A stretch of 64,000 nt of DNA from Mobula hypostoma. Lineage: Eukaryota. Below, piece by piece: positions 48,256 through 60,480 of this stretch. Positions within the stretch are counted from its first letter, which is position 1; every line of letters starts with the position of its first letter. The position numbers were made by a program, and so were the translations under genes. The notes beneath the pieces are model-generated. The model saw nothing but the letters and a program-made list of their open reading frames with translations. It searched no databases and was not told the origin of the DNA. The stretch spans positions 112,656,001 to 112,720,000 of the forward strand of contig NC_086108.1 in assembly GCF_963921235.1 (NCBI RefSeq), in the 5' to 3' direction.

Positions 48256-48362
48256 ATCCAGATTCTACAGATATGATTAAACGATAGCCCCCATCTGATA
48301 TATATCATGGTGCATCACAGCAGAAAAACTCTTCTAATCTTCACACTCATTAATGTCAACCA

Positions 48363-48848
48363 TGAGTTTACTAGCATGTTACCTGGGTTTCATCTCCCAA
48401 GTTACAGAGAAAGGTTGAACAAGTTGGGTCTTTATTCTTTGGAGCATAGAAGGTTGAAGGGGGACTTGATAAAGGTATTTAAAATTATGAGGGGGATAGA
48501 TAGAGTTGACGTGGATAGGCTTTTTTCATTGAGAGTGGGGGAGATTCAAACAAGAGGACATGAGTTGAGAGTTAAGGGGCAAAAGTTTAGGGGTAACATG
48601 AGGGGGAACTTCTTTACTCAGAGAGTGGTAGCTGTGTGGAACGAGCTTCCAGCAGAAATGGTTGAGGCAGGTTCGATGTTGTCATTTAAAGTTAAATTGG
48701 ATAGATATATGGGACAGAAAAGGAATGGAGGGTTATGGGCCGAGTGCAGGTGGGTTGGACTAGGTGAGAGTAAGAGTTCGGCACGGTCTAGAAGGGCCAA
48801 GATGGCCTGTTTCCGTGCTGTAATTGTTATATGGTTATAAGGTTATAA
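48363..48848 (+). mobile_element. CR1 LINE 3' fragment (distinct subfamily)
   Basis: FTSMLPG...LKGDLIKVFKIMRG...WNELP; (ggttata)n tail. Confidence 0.85.
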
Positions 48849-48850
48849 AT

Positions 48851-49392
48851 GGAGGGTGATCCACTGGGAGAATGAGGGAGGGTCACATCATTGAAGGGTG
48901 ATCCATTGGGAGACTGAGGGAGGGTCACACCATTGAAGGGTGATCCATTGGGAGTGAAGGAGGGTCACACTGTTGGAGGGTGATCCATTGGGAGAGTGAG
49001 GGAGGGTCACATCGTTGGAGGGTGATCCATTGGGAGTGAAGGAGGGTCACACTGTAGGAGGGTGATCCATTGGGAGAGTGAGGGAGGGTCACATCGTTGA
49101 AGGGTGATCCATTGGGAGAGTGAGGGAGGGTCACATCGTTGAAGGGTGATCCATTGGGAGAGTGAGGGAGGGTCACATCGTTGAAGGGTGATCCATTGGG
49201 AGAGTGAGGGAGGGTCACACTGTAGGAGGGTGATCCATTGGGAGAGTGAGGAGGGTCACACTGTTGGAAGGTGATCGATTGGGAAAGTCACACTGTGGGA
49301 GGGGTGGTAATGAAGGAGAGCTATACTGCGGAAAGTATGGTACTGAGGGAGAGCTACACTGTGGGAGGGGCAATACTGAGGAAGGGTCACTC
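48851..49392. repeat. 42-bp G-rich minisatellite (~10 units, degenerating at the right end)
   Basis: agggtgatccattgggagagtgagggagggtcacatcgttga repeated. Confidence 0.92.
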
Positions 49393-49509
49393 AAATCCAA
49401 GTACAGATTGGCCTCATGGGTCCTCTGAGATAACTAGCAAGACGAACATGATAAAAGTCTTCCTTCCATGTTATATCCATGTTGCATGAATAACAATAGT
49501 TTACATTTA

Positions 49510-50678
49510 CATAGAACATAGAAAACCTACAGCACAATACAGGCACGTCGGCCCACAAACCTGTGCCGAACATGTCCCTACCTTCAAAATTACCTAGGGT
49601 TACCCATAGCCCTCTATTATTCAGAGCTCCATGTACCTGTCCAGGAGTCTCTTAAACGATCCTATCGCATCCACCTCCACCACTGTCGTTGGCAGCCCAT
49701 TCCATGCACTCGCCACTCTCTGCATAAAAAACTTACCCCTGACATCTCCTCTGTACCTTCTTCCAAGCACCTTAAATCTACGCCTTCCCGTGTTAGCCAT
49801 TTCAGCCCTGGGAAAAAGCCTCTGACTATCCACACGATCAATGCCGTCCCCTAATCTGAGGAAAGACATCTTTGCCATAGAGGGAGTACAAAGAAGGTTC
49901 ACCAGATTGATTCCTGGGATGGCAGGTCTTTCATATGAAGAAAGACTGGATGAACTGGGCTTGTACTCGTTGGAATTTAGAAGATTGAGGGGGGATCTGA
50001 TTGAAACGTATAAGATCCTAAAGGGATTGGACAGGCTAGATGCAGGAAGATTGTTCCCGATGTTGGGGAGGTCTAGAACGAGGGGTCACAGTTTGAGGAT
50101 AGAGGGGAAGCCTTTTAGGACCGAGGTTAGGAAAAACTTCTTCACACAGAGAGTGGTGAATCTGTGGAATTCTCTGCCACAGCAAACTGTTGAGGCCAGT
50201 TCATTAGCTATGTTTAAAAGGAAGTTAGATATGGCCCTTGTGGCTACAGGGGTCAGGGGGTATGGAGGGAAGGCTGGGTTCTGAGTTGGATGATCAGCCA
50301 TGATCATAATAAATGGCGGTGCAGGCTCGAAGGGCCGAATGGCCTACTCCTGCACCTATTTTCTATGTTTCTATGTTTCTATTATCCTGTACACCTCTAT
50401 CAGGTCACCTCTTATCCTCCGTCGCTCCAAGGAGAAAAAGCTGAGTTCACTCAACCTGTTCTCATAAGGCATGCCCCCCAATCCAGGCAACATCCTTGTA
50501 AATCTCCTCTGCACCCTTTCTATGGTTTCCACATCCTTCCTGTAGTGAGGCGACCAGAACTGAGTGCAGTACTCCAAGTGAGATCGCACCAGGGTCCTAT
50601 ATAGCTGCAACATTACCTCTCAGCTCCTAAACTCAATCCCACGATTGATGAAGGACAACACACCATATGCCTTCTTAG
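49510..50678 (-). mobile_element. CR1 3' fragment interrupted by a younger opposite-strand CR1
   Basis: gatcaatgcc | insert | attatcctgtacacctctatcagg; same family as 30320-30960. Confidence 0.88.
49846..50380 (+). mobile_element. Young CR1 3' fragment, near-identical to 42341-42870
   Basis: About 7 differences by eye over about 530 bp. Confidence 0.92.
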
Positions 50679-50734
50679 TTGATTATTTTTCGCTCCCACT
50701 CCCACCTCCGATCCCATCCCAACGTGAATCACAG

Positions 50735-51480
50735 CAGGTGGAGATGACACTGAGGCTTTGTAAGGCATTGGTCAGACCGCACCTGGAGTATAGTGAGCAG
50801 TTTTGGGCCTCCTGTCTAGGAAAGAATGTGCTGGGATTGGCAACTGTCCAGATGAGATTCATGAGAATGATCCCTGGACTGTAAGGTTTAAATGCATGAG
50901 GAACGTTTGATGGCTCTGTGCCTCTACTCCCTGGAATTGTAGTCAGAGGCATCTTATTGAAACCTATCGAATACTGAAAGGTCTAGATAGAGTGGATGTG
51001 GAGAGGATGTTTCCTATAGTGGGGGAGTCTAGGAGCAGAGGGCACAGCCTCAGAATAGAGGGCCGCCCATTTAGAACAGAGATGAGGAGGAATTTTTATA
51101 GCCAGAGATTGGTGAATCTGTGCAATCCGTTGCCACAGATGGCTGTGGAGGCCAAGTCATTGGATGTATTTAAATTGGAGGTCGATAGGGTCTTGCCAAA
51201 GGGTTTCAGCCCAAAACGTCAATTGTATTCTTTTCCTGGATGCTGCCTGGCTTCCTGAGTTCCTCCAGCATTTTGTCTGTGTTGCTTGGATTTCTAGCAT
51301 CTGCAGATTTTCTCCTGTTTGTGGAGGTTGATAGGTTCTTGACTATTCAGGGCATCAAAAGGTTACGGGGAGAAGGCAGGAGAATGAGATTAAGAGGGAT
51401 AATAAATCAGCCATGATGGAATGGCAGAGCAGACTCAATGGGCTGAATGGCCTGATTCTGCTCCTTTGTCTTATGGTTTT
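50735..51480 (+). mobile_element. CR1 3' fragment interrupted by a 126-bp PLE tail (51196-51321)
   Basis: About 20-bp imperfect TSD tggaggt(c/t)gatagg(g/t)tcttg at 51176-51195 and 51322-51341. Confidence 0.8.
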
Positions 51481-52251
51481 CTGATCTAGGCCAATACTCC
51501 AGCAATGATTAGAAAGCACCAGCAATAACATTTCAATGCAACATTATTGAAAGGCGCTCCCAGAAATGTGCACAAGGTTTATGGGCTAATTTAGCAGTGA
51601 AAAAGAACATTGAAATGCCTTGAAAACCTCTCCTCAAACATCTGGTTGGCATCACTTCCCCCTGTTACTGGGCAGTATCAGAAAGAATTCTATTTTGCTC
51701 TGTTCTTGAACAGAGAAAGTCTGTTTGCGAAGGGGATCTGCAGCCAGCACAGATCAGTCACAGTGATACTGAATGTCCACGTAGGTTAGAGAGAGCGGGT
51801 GACTTACTCCTGCTAATTCCCTCTGCTTTAGCATTTTATCAATCAATCCCTTCTTCATTAAAACAGGAACACGGTGAAAACCAGCATCGGATCTGCAATT
51901 GGACAAAACTGGGCACCACGATAGCGCAGTGGTTACTGTGATGCCATTACAGATACGGCTGTTCCACTGTTCCACATTCAATTCTGGCGCCATCTGTAAG
52001 GGTTTTCCCCACAGAATGCATGGATTTTCCCCAGATGCTCCGCTTTCCTCCCAGAGCCCAAAGGCTTACTGGGTAGGTTATCTGAGTTGTAAATTGTTCT
52101 ATGATTAGGTTAGGGTTAATCTGATTTGGTTGCAGTTGCCAGGGCAACATGGCTCAAATGGGCAAAAGGGCCTACTGTGCTCTGTATCACTAAATAAATG
52201 AAGGAAAAGTCACTGTAGAGAGTAGAATAATGGTGAATATCATCAAACATA

Positions 52252-52773
52252 CACTCAGTGGCCACTTTAATAAGTACTTGACTCCTGGACTCCTGCTTGT
52301 TAATGCCGGTATCTAATTTGACAGCAACTCAATGCATAAAAGCATACAGACATGGTCAAGAGGTTCAGTTGTTGCTCAGACCAAACATCAGAATGGGGAA
52401 GAAATGTGATCTAACTGACTGATGGTGGAGTAATTGTTGGTGTCAGATGGGGTGGTTCGAGTATCTCAGAAACTGCTGCTCTCATGCAACAGTCTCCAGA
52501 GTTTACAGAGTATGGTGCAAGAAACAAAATTAATCCAGTGAATGGCAGTTCTGTGGACAAAAACGCCTTGCTGTTAACGAGAGAGGAGAATGGCCAGACT
52601 ATTTCAATCTGACAGGAAGGTGACAGTAACTCAAATAACCAGACATTACAACAGTGGTGTTCAGAAGAGCATCTCTGAACGCACAATATGTTGAGCCCTG
52701 AAGTGGATGGGCTACAGCAACATAAGACTACACCAGGGGCAAAGTCCTGGTCCTAATAAAGTGGCCACTGAGT
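52252..52773. mobile_element. Tc1/mariner-like MITE
   Basis: TIRs cactcagtggccacttta.ta.g / cctaataaagtggccactgagt, TA at the left border. Confidence 0.75.
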
Positions 52774-53654
52774 ACATTCTTCCCTCTCAACCCCATTCTC
52801 CTGACTTCTCCCTGTAACCTTTGATGCCCTGGCTAATCAAGAACTTATCACTCTCCATTTTAAATGCATCCAATGCCTTGCCTCCATAGCCGAGTGCGGC
52901 AATGGATTCACCACCTTCTGGCCATTCTGCTGGGTGATCCGATAGCGTAGCAGTTAACACAAGGCTTCACAGTAGGTCAGGGTTCAATTCCCGCTGCTGT
53001 CTGCAAGGAGTTGGTACGTTCTCTCCGTGACCGTGTGGGTTTCCCCGGGACACTCCGCTTTCCTCCCACATTCCAAAGACAAAGGAGTAGGTAGCTTTGG
53101 CCACGATACGTTGTGGCTGGAACCACGGCAACATTTGCAGGCTGCACCAGCACGTCCTGGACCTGTGTTGGTCATTGACCCAAACACTGCATGTTTTAAT
53201 GTTTCAGACTACATGAGACAAGTAGAGCCCATCTCTTTTATCAGCTGCTGGAATGGTGGAACGATGGGGGTGCACAGTGGCAGTAGTGGTTAGCAAACTT
53301 CTTCACAGTACGGGCAATCCGGTTTCAATTGCTGCTGTTGCCTGCGAGGAGTGTGTACGCTCCCCCCACGACTGCATGCGCTCTCTCCGGATGCTCCGGC
53401 TTCCGCTCACAGTCCAAAGACGTACCGGTTGATAGGTTAATTGTTCATTGTAAATTGTCCTATGATTAGGCTCGGGTCAAATTGGAGGATTGCTGGGTGG
53501 CGTAACTGATGAGCTGGAAGGGCCCTCTTCCTCGCTGTATCTCAATAAAATAAATAAACAAACAAAACAAAAAACATTAACAGGAGTCCAGCTTCCTTAT
53601 TTAATCAAATTATTAACTGGTTAAACCACAACCACTTAGCAAAGCCCAGGAGCG

Positions 53655-53960
53655 GAAGAGTCTACAGAAAGGGGTGGATTTGCCCCAGTCCATCGCGGGT
53701 AAAGCCTACCCCACCAATGAGGGCATCTACAAGAAGTACTGCCTCGAGAAAGCAGCATCCATCATCAGGGATCCCCACCATCCAGGCCAGGCTCTCTTCT
53801 CACTGCTGCCATCAGGAAGGAGGTACAGGAGCCTCAGAACCCACACCACCAGGTTCAGGAACAGTTATTACCCCTCAGACATCGGGCTCTCGTACTGGAG
53901 TGAATAACTTCACTCACCACAACACTGAACCGATTCCACAACCTACACACTCACTCTCGA
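53655..53960 (+). mobile_element. Rex1/Babar-like 3' fragment (representative of many copies)
   Basis: CLEKAASIIRDPHHPGQALFSLLPSGRRYRSLRTHTTRFRNSYYP. Confidence 0.75.
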
Positions 53961-54394
53961 GGACTCCACGATGCTCATCGTCAGTACTTTATTTGCACAA
54001 TCTGCCTTCGTTTGCGCATCATTCGTTGTCAATCTTTGTTCAGGGACAGCTTTTCATAAATTCCATTGTATTTCCTTGTTTTTGTATTCATGTCACAGAA
54101 AATTCATTATCCATTACAAGGCATTTGTAAAAGTTTATCGAAGTAATTTATAATTTAATGATAAATTTGACTTGACCTTTATTCAGCCTTGTCAGAAAGT
54201 GCACCAGCACAGCATTGATTGTTTTTCTGCACACAACAGCAAACTCATCGGAATGCTGACACACTGCTGACCAGGACAATGACATTTTCCACGCACACCG
54301 TCTCCAGCCATCGAACCAGGTCACGTGCACAACGTTCTGATGCCTCAGCACGATTGTGAATCGTGACAGTAAGTATGATCATGGATATGGAAGA

Positions 54395-54530
54395 GGTATC
54401 AGCCTCCCCACCATGGACTGTCTACACTCCCATTGCCTCGGTATCGGCCTCCCCTCCATGGACTGTCTACACTCCCATTGCCTCGGTATCAGCCTCTCCT
54501 CCATGGACTGTCTACACTGCCATTGCCTCA
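54395..54530. repeat. 45-bp tandem triplication inside a Rex1/Babar tail
   Basis: ggtatcagcctcccctccatggactgtctacactcccattgcctc x3. Confidence 0.85.
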
Positions 54531-55179
54531 GTGAAGCAGCTAACAAAGTCAAGGACCCCACCCACCCCAGACATTCTCTCTTCTCCCCCTCCCACCAGGC
54601 AGAAGACACAAAAACCTGAAAGTATGTCCCACCAGGTTCAAGAACAGCTTCTACCTCACTGTTATCAGCCTCTTGAACAGACACGTCATGTACGATACCC
54701 TCAAAATACTCCTCGTTGTGATCTTGCTCTTTAACGTTTATCTGCACCGCACTTTCTCTGTAGCTGTTACACTTTATTCTGCACTGCTTTACCCTGTTCT
54801 ACCTCAATGCACTGTGTAGTGATCTGAACTGCACGAACCGTATGGAAGACAAACTTTTCACTGTGTCTCAGTGACAAGAATAAACTGATTCCAATTTCTT
54901 GAGATCCTCTGATGGGACAGAAGGCAGAATGAAAGAGCCACAGTAAAATCTAATTTACACACAAGAGATTCTGCAGGTGCTGGGATCTCAGAACAACACA
55001 CACAAAACGCTGGAGGAACTCAGCAGGCCAGGCATCTACGGAAATGAATAAACCGTCAATATTCTGGGCCGAGATCCCTCATCAGGACTGGTAAGGAAGG
55101 GGGAAGGAGTACAAACAGGGTGAAAGATGAATCTCTTTCTCCCCCCAGTAATAACTGGGGAGGAAGAATCGTGCGGCAC

Positions 55180-55830
55180 TGGAGCAAGCCCTTCAGACAC
55201 CACGTTGTGCCGAAACGCTGAGTAAATGCCCAACTAACCGAATCGCCTGCTGACGCGATGTCCACATCACCCAAATGTGCCTAACTGACAGCTTCTTGTA
55301 CCATACTGCTATTTGTTTTACAATCTGTTGTATTTACCTTCACCACCTCCCCAGCAGTGCACTCCAGACCTCACCCTGTCCAATAAAACTTGCTGCACAA
55401 GCACTCTGAACTCAAATACACACCCTCTGGTATTGTCAACGCTGGGAAAATGATACGGCCTGTCTACTCTATCTATGCCTCTCAATCTTACAAACCTCTG
55501 TCAGATCTCCGCAGCCTCCGCCACTCCAGAGAAAACAACCCAAGTTTGTCTGAACTCTCGTTATAGTACCTGCTCTCGAATCCAGGCAGCATCCTGGTGA
55601 ACCTCTTCCACATTCCTCCAGAGCCTTGACATCCTTGCTATAATGGGGCGAGCAGAACTACATGCAATATTCCAGGTGCGGCCTAACTAGAGCTTTATAA
55701 AGCTGCAGCATAACTTCCTGACTCTTGAACTAATACAGATAAGCATTCCACATGCCTTATTTACTACCCTTATCAGAATGTGTAACCACTTCCAGGCAAT
55801 AATGAACTTGTTTCTCAAGATCACTCTGAA
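55180..55830 (-). mobile_element. Decayed CR1 3' fragment
   Basis: Similar to 18385-18925 and 30320-30990. Confidence 0.7.
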
Positions 55831-56019
55831 CCCCGTCTAGGCTCATGAGTGGGTGTGGTACCTAACCAGATTTCTTTATTCATTTTACTTTACATTGCTT
55901 CCGTGATGTCACTATCGTGTCAACTCTTTTTCTGAAAGTTTATCTATGTAATCTTGTAAATTGTCTGGCAGCCTTTTTGTTTTTGTTTTTGATTTGTTTT
56001 GTCTCTGCTCCACCTGGAG

Positions 56020-56692
56020 CTGTATTTCCATCCGGGGGTCAGTGTGGACATGGTGGAGGATTACAAATACCTGGGGATACGAATTGACAATAAACTGGAC
56101 TGGTCAAAGAACACTGAGGCTGTCTACAAGAAGGGTCAGAGCCGTCTCTATTTCCTGAGGAGACTGAGGTCCTTTAACATCTGCTGGACGATGCTGAGGA
56201 TGTTCTACGAGTCTGTGGTGGCCAGTGCGATCATGTTTGCTGTTGTGTGCTGGGGCAGCAAGCTGAGGGTAGCAGACACCAACAGAATCAACAAACTCAT
56301 TGAAGTTGTGGGGATAGAACTGGACTCTCTCACGGTGGTTTCTGAAAAGAGGATGCTGTCCAAGTTGCATGCCATCTTGGACAATGTCTCCCATCCACTA
56401 CATAATGTACTGGTTGGGCAGAGGAGTACATTCAGCCAGAGACTCATTCCACCGAGATGCAGCACAGAGCATCATAGGAAGTCATTCCTGCCTGTGGCCA
56501 TCAAACTTTACAACACCTCCCTTGGAGGGTCAGACACCCTGAGCCAATAGGCTGGTCCCGGACTTATTTCCTGGCATAATTTACATATTACTATTTAACT
56601 ATTTATGGTTTTATTACTATTTAATTATTTATGGTGCAACTGTAACGAAAACCAATTTCCCCCGGGATCAACAAAGTATGACTTTGACTATT
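56020..56692 (+). mobile_element. Rex1/Babar-clade LINE 3' fragment with open frame
   Basis: VDMVEDYKYLGIRIDNKLDW...RLYFLRRLRSF; same family as 32300-33072. Confidence 0.88.
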
Positions 56693-56804
56693 GTACATCT
56701 TCAATATATTTTGTCTTTGTAAAACTGAAAATTGTAAATAAAATATTTTAAAAAATCACTCTGAACATCTCCTGTTATTAAGGGTGTACGCTCTCCTTCT
56801 TCTC

Positions 56805-57187
56805 CGTGGATGTGGTCCTGTGATCCCGAGAGCAATGCCGTCTGGAGCTGTGCTCCTGGTAGGGTCACCCATGCCGGTAAGGTCGAGGGTGAGGTCCCTG
56901 ACAAAGAACAATCCAACCAAGACCTCAACGGTGGAACAGGCGGACGAAGTTACTTCGAACTCAACGGCTGTGAAGGCGGATGAAGGCTGCAACAAATCCA
57001 TCAGCTCCAATCGTCGTGGTTTCCATGCCATTGGAATCAGTTGGTTGATTTGTGAAGTATCGTGTGCTTCTTGGAGTGCAACATCAAGTACACGTTAAAC
57101 TAACTCACGCACAGGCGTCTTCACTCTGTGGGCCACTTCTTCAGAACGAAGACCATCATCCTCAACCTCGAGGGATAGTCACGACCC
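56805..57187 (+). mobile_element. RTE (Expander/Rex3-like) 5'-UTR-derived non-autonomous element
   Basis: tgatcccgagagc.atgccgtctggagc..gctcctggtagggtcacccatg..ggtc..gggtgagg resembles recalled Expander-type 5' UTRs; no ORF. Confidence 0.5.
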
Positions 57188-57484
57188 TCTCCTTACATTT
57201 GACCTACCCAACTGCAACACCTCACACCTACCAGGATTAAAGTCCACATGCCAATTCTCCACCCCAATAGTTTACATCCCACCCCACATCATTAGAAATC
57301 TATTATGTACTGCAATGTACTGCTGCCACAAAACAACTAATTTCACAACGTGTGCCAGTGATAACAAAGCAGATTCCGATGTGCGGCAACACTTGTGGGC
57401 TGCCCCCGGCACATCCTTAGGTTGTGTTGGTTCTTAGCGCAAATGATGCATTTCACTATGTTTTGATGGACAGATGATAAATAA

Positions 57485-58030
57485 ATTGGAGGACCACTTT
57501 GCTGAGCACCTCCGCTCCATCCGCCAAAAAAAAAACGGAATTTCCTGGTGGGCCACATCTTAAATGTCCATTCCCATTCCGACATGTTAGTCTCTTGTTG
57601 AATGATGAGGTCACACCTTATATTCTGTCTGCATAGCCTCCAATCTGATGGCATTAATATAGATTACTTCTTCTGGTTTTAAAAAAAAAGATGTTTTCTT
57701 CCCCCTCCCCTCTTCTATTCCCCACTCTGGTCTCTTACCTCTTCTCAGCTGCCTATCACCTCCCCCTGGTGCCCCTCCTCCTTCCTCTTCTCCCATGGTC
57801 CACTCTCCTCTCCTTTCAGATTCCTTCTTCTCCAGCTCTTTACCTTTCCCAACCACCTGGCTTCACCTATCACCTTCCAGCTACTCTGCCTCCCCCTGCT
57901 CCCACTTTTTTTTTATTCTGGCATCTTCCCCCTTTCTTTCCAGCCCCGAAGAAGGGACTTGGCCTGAAACGATTCATTTCCATGTATGCTGCCTGACCTG
58001 CCGAGTTCCTCCAGCGTGTGGTGCGCACTG
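57485..58030 (+). mobile_element. Older PLE 3' fragment with decayed hammerhead (57942-57975)
   Basis: tttgctgagcacctccgctcc (FAEHLRS) remnant plus UTR. Confidence 0.75.
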
Positions 58031-58449
58031 CTTCGGATAAATAAATCTGAATCTGAAAGAGCACAATGAATTCTGAAGAATGTTGGCAATAATTTTCTAA
58101 TCTCATAGAGTAAGGAGAACTCTGAAATTATCAACAGTTACCAATAAAATCAAATCCTCTGGAGATAACTCTTAAAGTGCTTTGAAAGGGTTTGACTTAT
58201 TACAAGATTGCAAAATGTCCCTCGTAAAACCAACCCATAATTATTTAATCAAACCATGAGCTTTACTTTAAGCATTTTTTTTTACTGTAATAGACTGGTT
58301 CCAGGGTTCTTGTGCACAGGGGGTGAAGAGGTTGTTGAGAGAAATGAGTTCCACTGAAAGTCAGAACAATGATTGTTAGTTGGTAGCGGTTCAATAAAAT
58401 CAGCCAATAGATCGAGTGGTGGTGAAAACACAAGCTAAAACTTACCATC

Positions 58450-58950
58450 CCAACACGTTGGAGGAATTCAGCAGGTTGGGCAGCATCCGTGGAAATGATC
58501 AGTCAACGTTTCGGGCCGGAACCCTTCGTCAGGACTGTAGAGGGAAGGGGCAGAGGCCCTATAAAGAAGGTGGGGGGAGGGTGGGAAGGAGAAGGCTGGT
58601 AGGCTTCAGGTGAAAAACCAGTAAGGGGAAAGATAAAGGGGTGGGAGAGGGGAAGCAGGGAGGGGATAGGCAGGAAAGCTGAAGAAGGAATAGGGGAAAA
58701 CACAATGGGTAGTAGAAGGAGGTGGAACCATAAGGGAGGTGATGGGCAGCTGGGGGAGGGGGCAGAGGGAAATAGGGGTAGAGGAAGGGAGAGGGAGGGA
58801 ATTACCAGAAGTTGGAGAATTCTATGCTCATACCAAGGGGCTGGAGACTACCTAGATGGTATATGAGGTGTTGCTCCTCCAACCTGAGTTTAGCCTCATC
58901 ATGGCAGTAGAGGAGGCCATGTATGGACATATCCGAATGGGAATGGGAAG
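58450..58950 (-). mobile_element. PLE 3' fragment (other subfamily) with hammerhead core at 58501-58536
   Basis: Reverse complement agtcCTGACGAagggttccggcccGAAACGTTgact; ORF end remnant. Confidence 0.8.
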
Positions 58951-59819
58951 CAGAGTTTGTCTTTTTTTGCACATTGATTGCTTGTCAGCTGTTGTGAATG
59001 TCTGGAAGAAAATGAATCTCAGGATAGCGTATTTTGATATAACCGTACTTTGATAATACATTTGCTGTGAACTTTGAAAAGGAAAGTCTCTCGCAAATTT
59101 CTACAGATGTACCATGGAGAGCATTCTGACTGGTTCCATCACCGTCTGGTACGGAGGGGCCACCGATCAGAATCGGAAAAGGCCGCAGAATGTTGTAAAC
59201 TCAGCCAGATCCATCATGGACACGAGTCTCCCCAGCATCGAGGACAGCTTCAATAGGAGATGCCTTGAAAAGGCAACATCCGTCATAAAAAAAAACCCAA
59301 ATCGCCCAGGACATACCCTCTTCTCATTCCTACCGTCAAGGAGGTGGTACAGGAGCCTGAAGACACACTCAATGCTTCAGGGACAGTTTCTTCCCCATCA
59401 CCATCAGATCTCTGAATGGACAATGTACCCATGTACACTGCACAATTATTTTTTCTTTGCTCTCATTTTTCATTTTTATATATATTACTTGTAATTTATA
59501 GTTTTTTGTGTATTGTAATTACTGCTGTCACAAAACAACACATTTCATGACATATACCAGTGATATTAAACCTGATACTGCAAAATAAAAGTCACTGAGT
59601 ACAGCAAGACATATAGTATTATTTTGCAACTGTTGCACAGGTATAACCTGGATATATTACACAGCTCCATTACCGAGGAAACAATGGCCCTAATAGATCG
59701 GAAAGCTTGAAACAAAGCCAGCATTACACTTAACATCATTCAAAAACATTATCAAATTCTTTAGCACATACCAGAGAGTGATCTGTGCTTGTGACCTGCA
59801 TGAACTGGGCACCCGCCTA

Positions 59820-60480
59820 TTACTTCCCCCTGGGTCCCCATCTCCTATGGTCCACTATCCTCTCCCATAACATTCTTTCTTCTCCAGCCTTTGACCTTTC
59901 CCACCCACCTGGCTTCACCTATCACCTTCAAGCTGGCCTACTTCCACTCCCCCCACCTTTTCATTCTGGCATCTTCCCCCTTCCTTTCCGGTCCTGAAGA
60001 AGGGTCTCACCCAGAAAAGTTAACTGTTTACTCTTTTCCACAGAGGCTGCCTGACCTGCTGAGTTCCTCCAGCATTTTGCGTGTTGCACAAGTTATTATC
60101 TGGTGGTTGGTAGCTTGCCGGAGTAATGGTCAGATTTTATCAGGATGGAGGCTACCCAAATAGAATATGCAACACACTTTATCAAAGTTGCTGGTGAACG
60201 CAGCAGGCCAGGCAGCATCTCTAGGAAGAGGTACAGTCGACGTTTCAGGCCGAGACCCTTCGTTAGGACTATCAACATGTTGCTCCTTCAATCTGAGAGT
60301 GAAAAGAATGGGAATGGGCATTTAAATGGTTGGTCACTGGGAAATCTTGCCTCTGCAGAAGCAGCAAAGGTGCTTTGACAAAGCAGTCCCCCAGTTTACA
60401 ACGGGCAGCCTCTGAATCGAGAAGGGAATCATGGAGAGAGCAATCCCAACAGAAAGCCGAGGGTTGGGGAGGGGGGGTGG
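59820..60480. mobile_element. Cluster of PLE fragments: plus tail 59820-60090, old minus fragment 60130-60480 containing a young ~100-bp tail (60169-60270)
   Basis: Hammerhead-like motifs at 59991-60025 (+) and 60235-60270 (-). Confidence 0.7.

Noticed and set aside
46530..49290. CRISPR-like arrays at 46530-46700 and 48851-49290
   Set aside because: Contiguous tandem repeats without unique spacers, in a eukaryotic context with no cas genes
54240..54368. Plus-strand exon candidate ending gtaagt
   Set aside because: Stops in all frames; could only be non-coding and is unsupported
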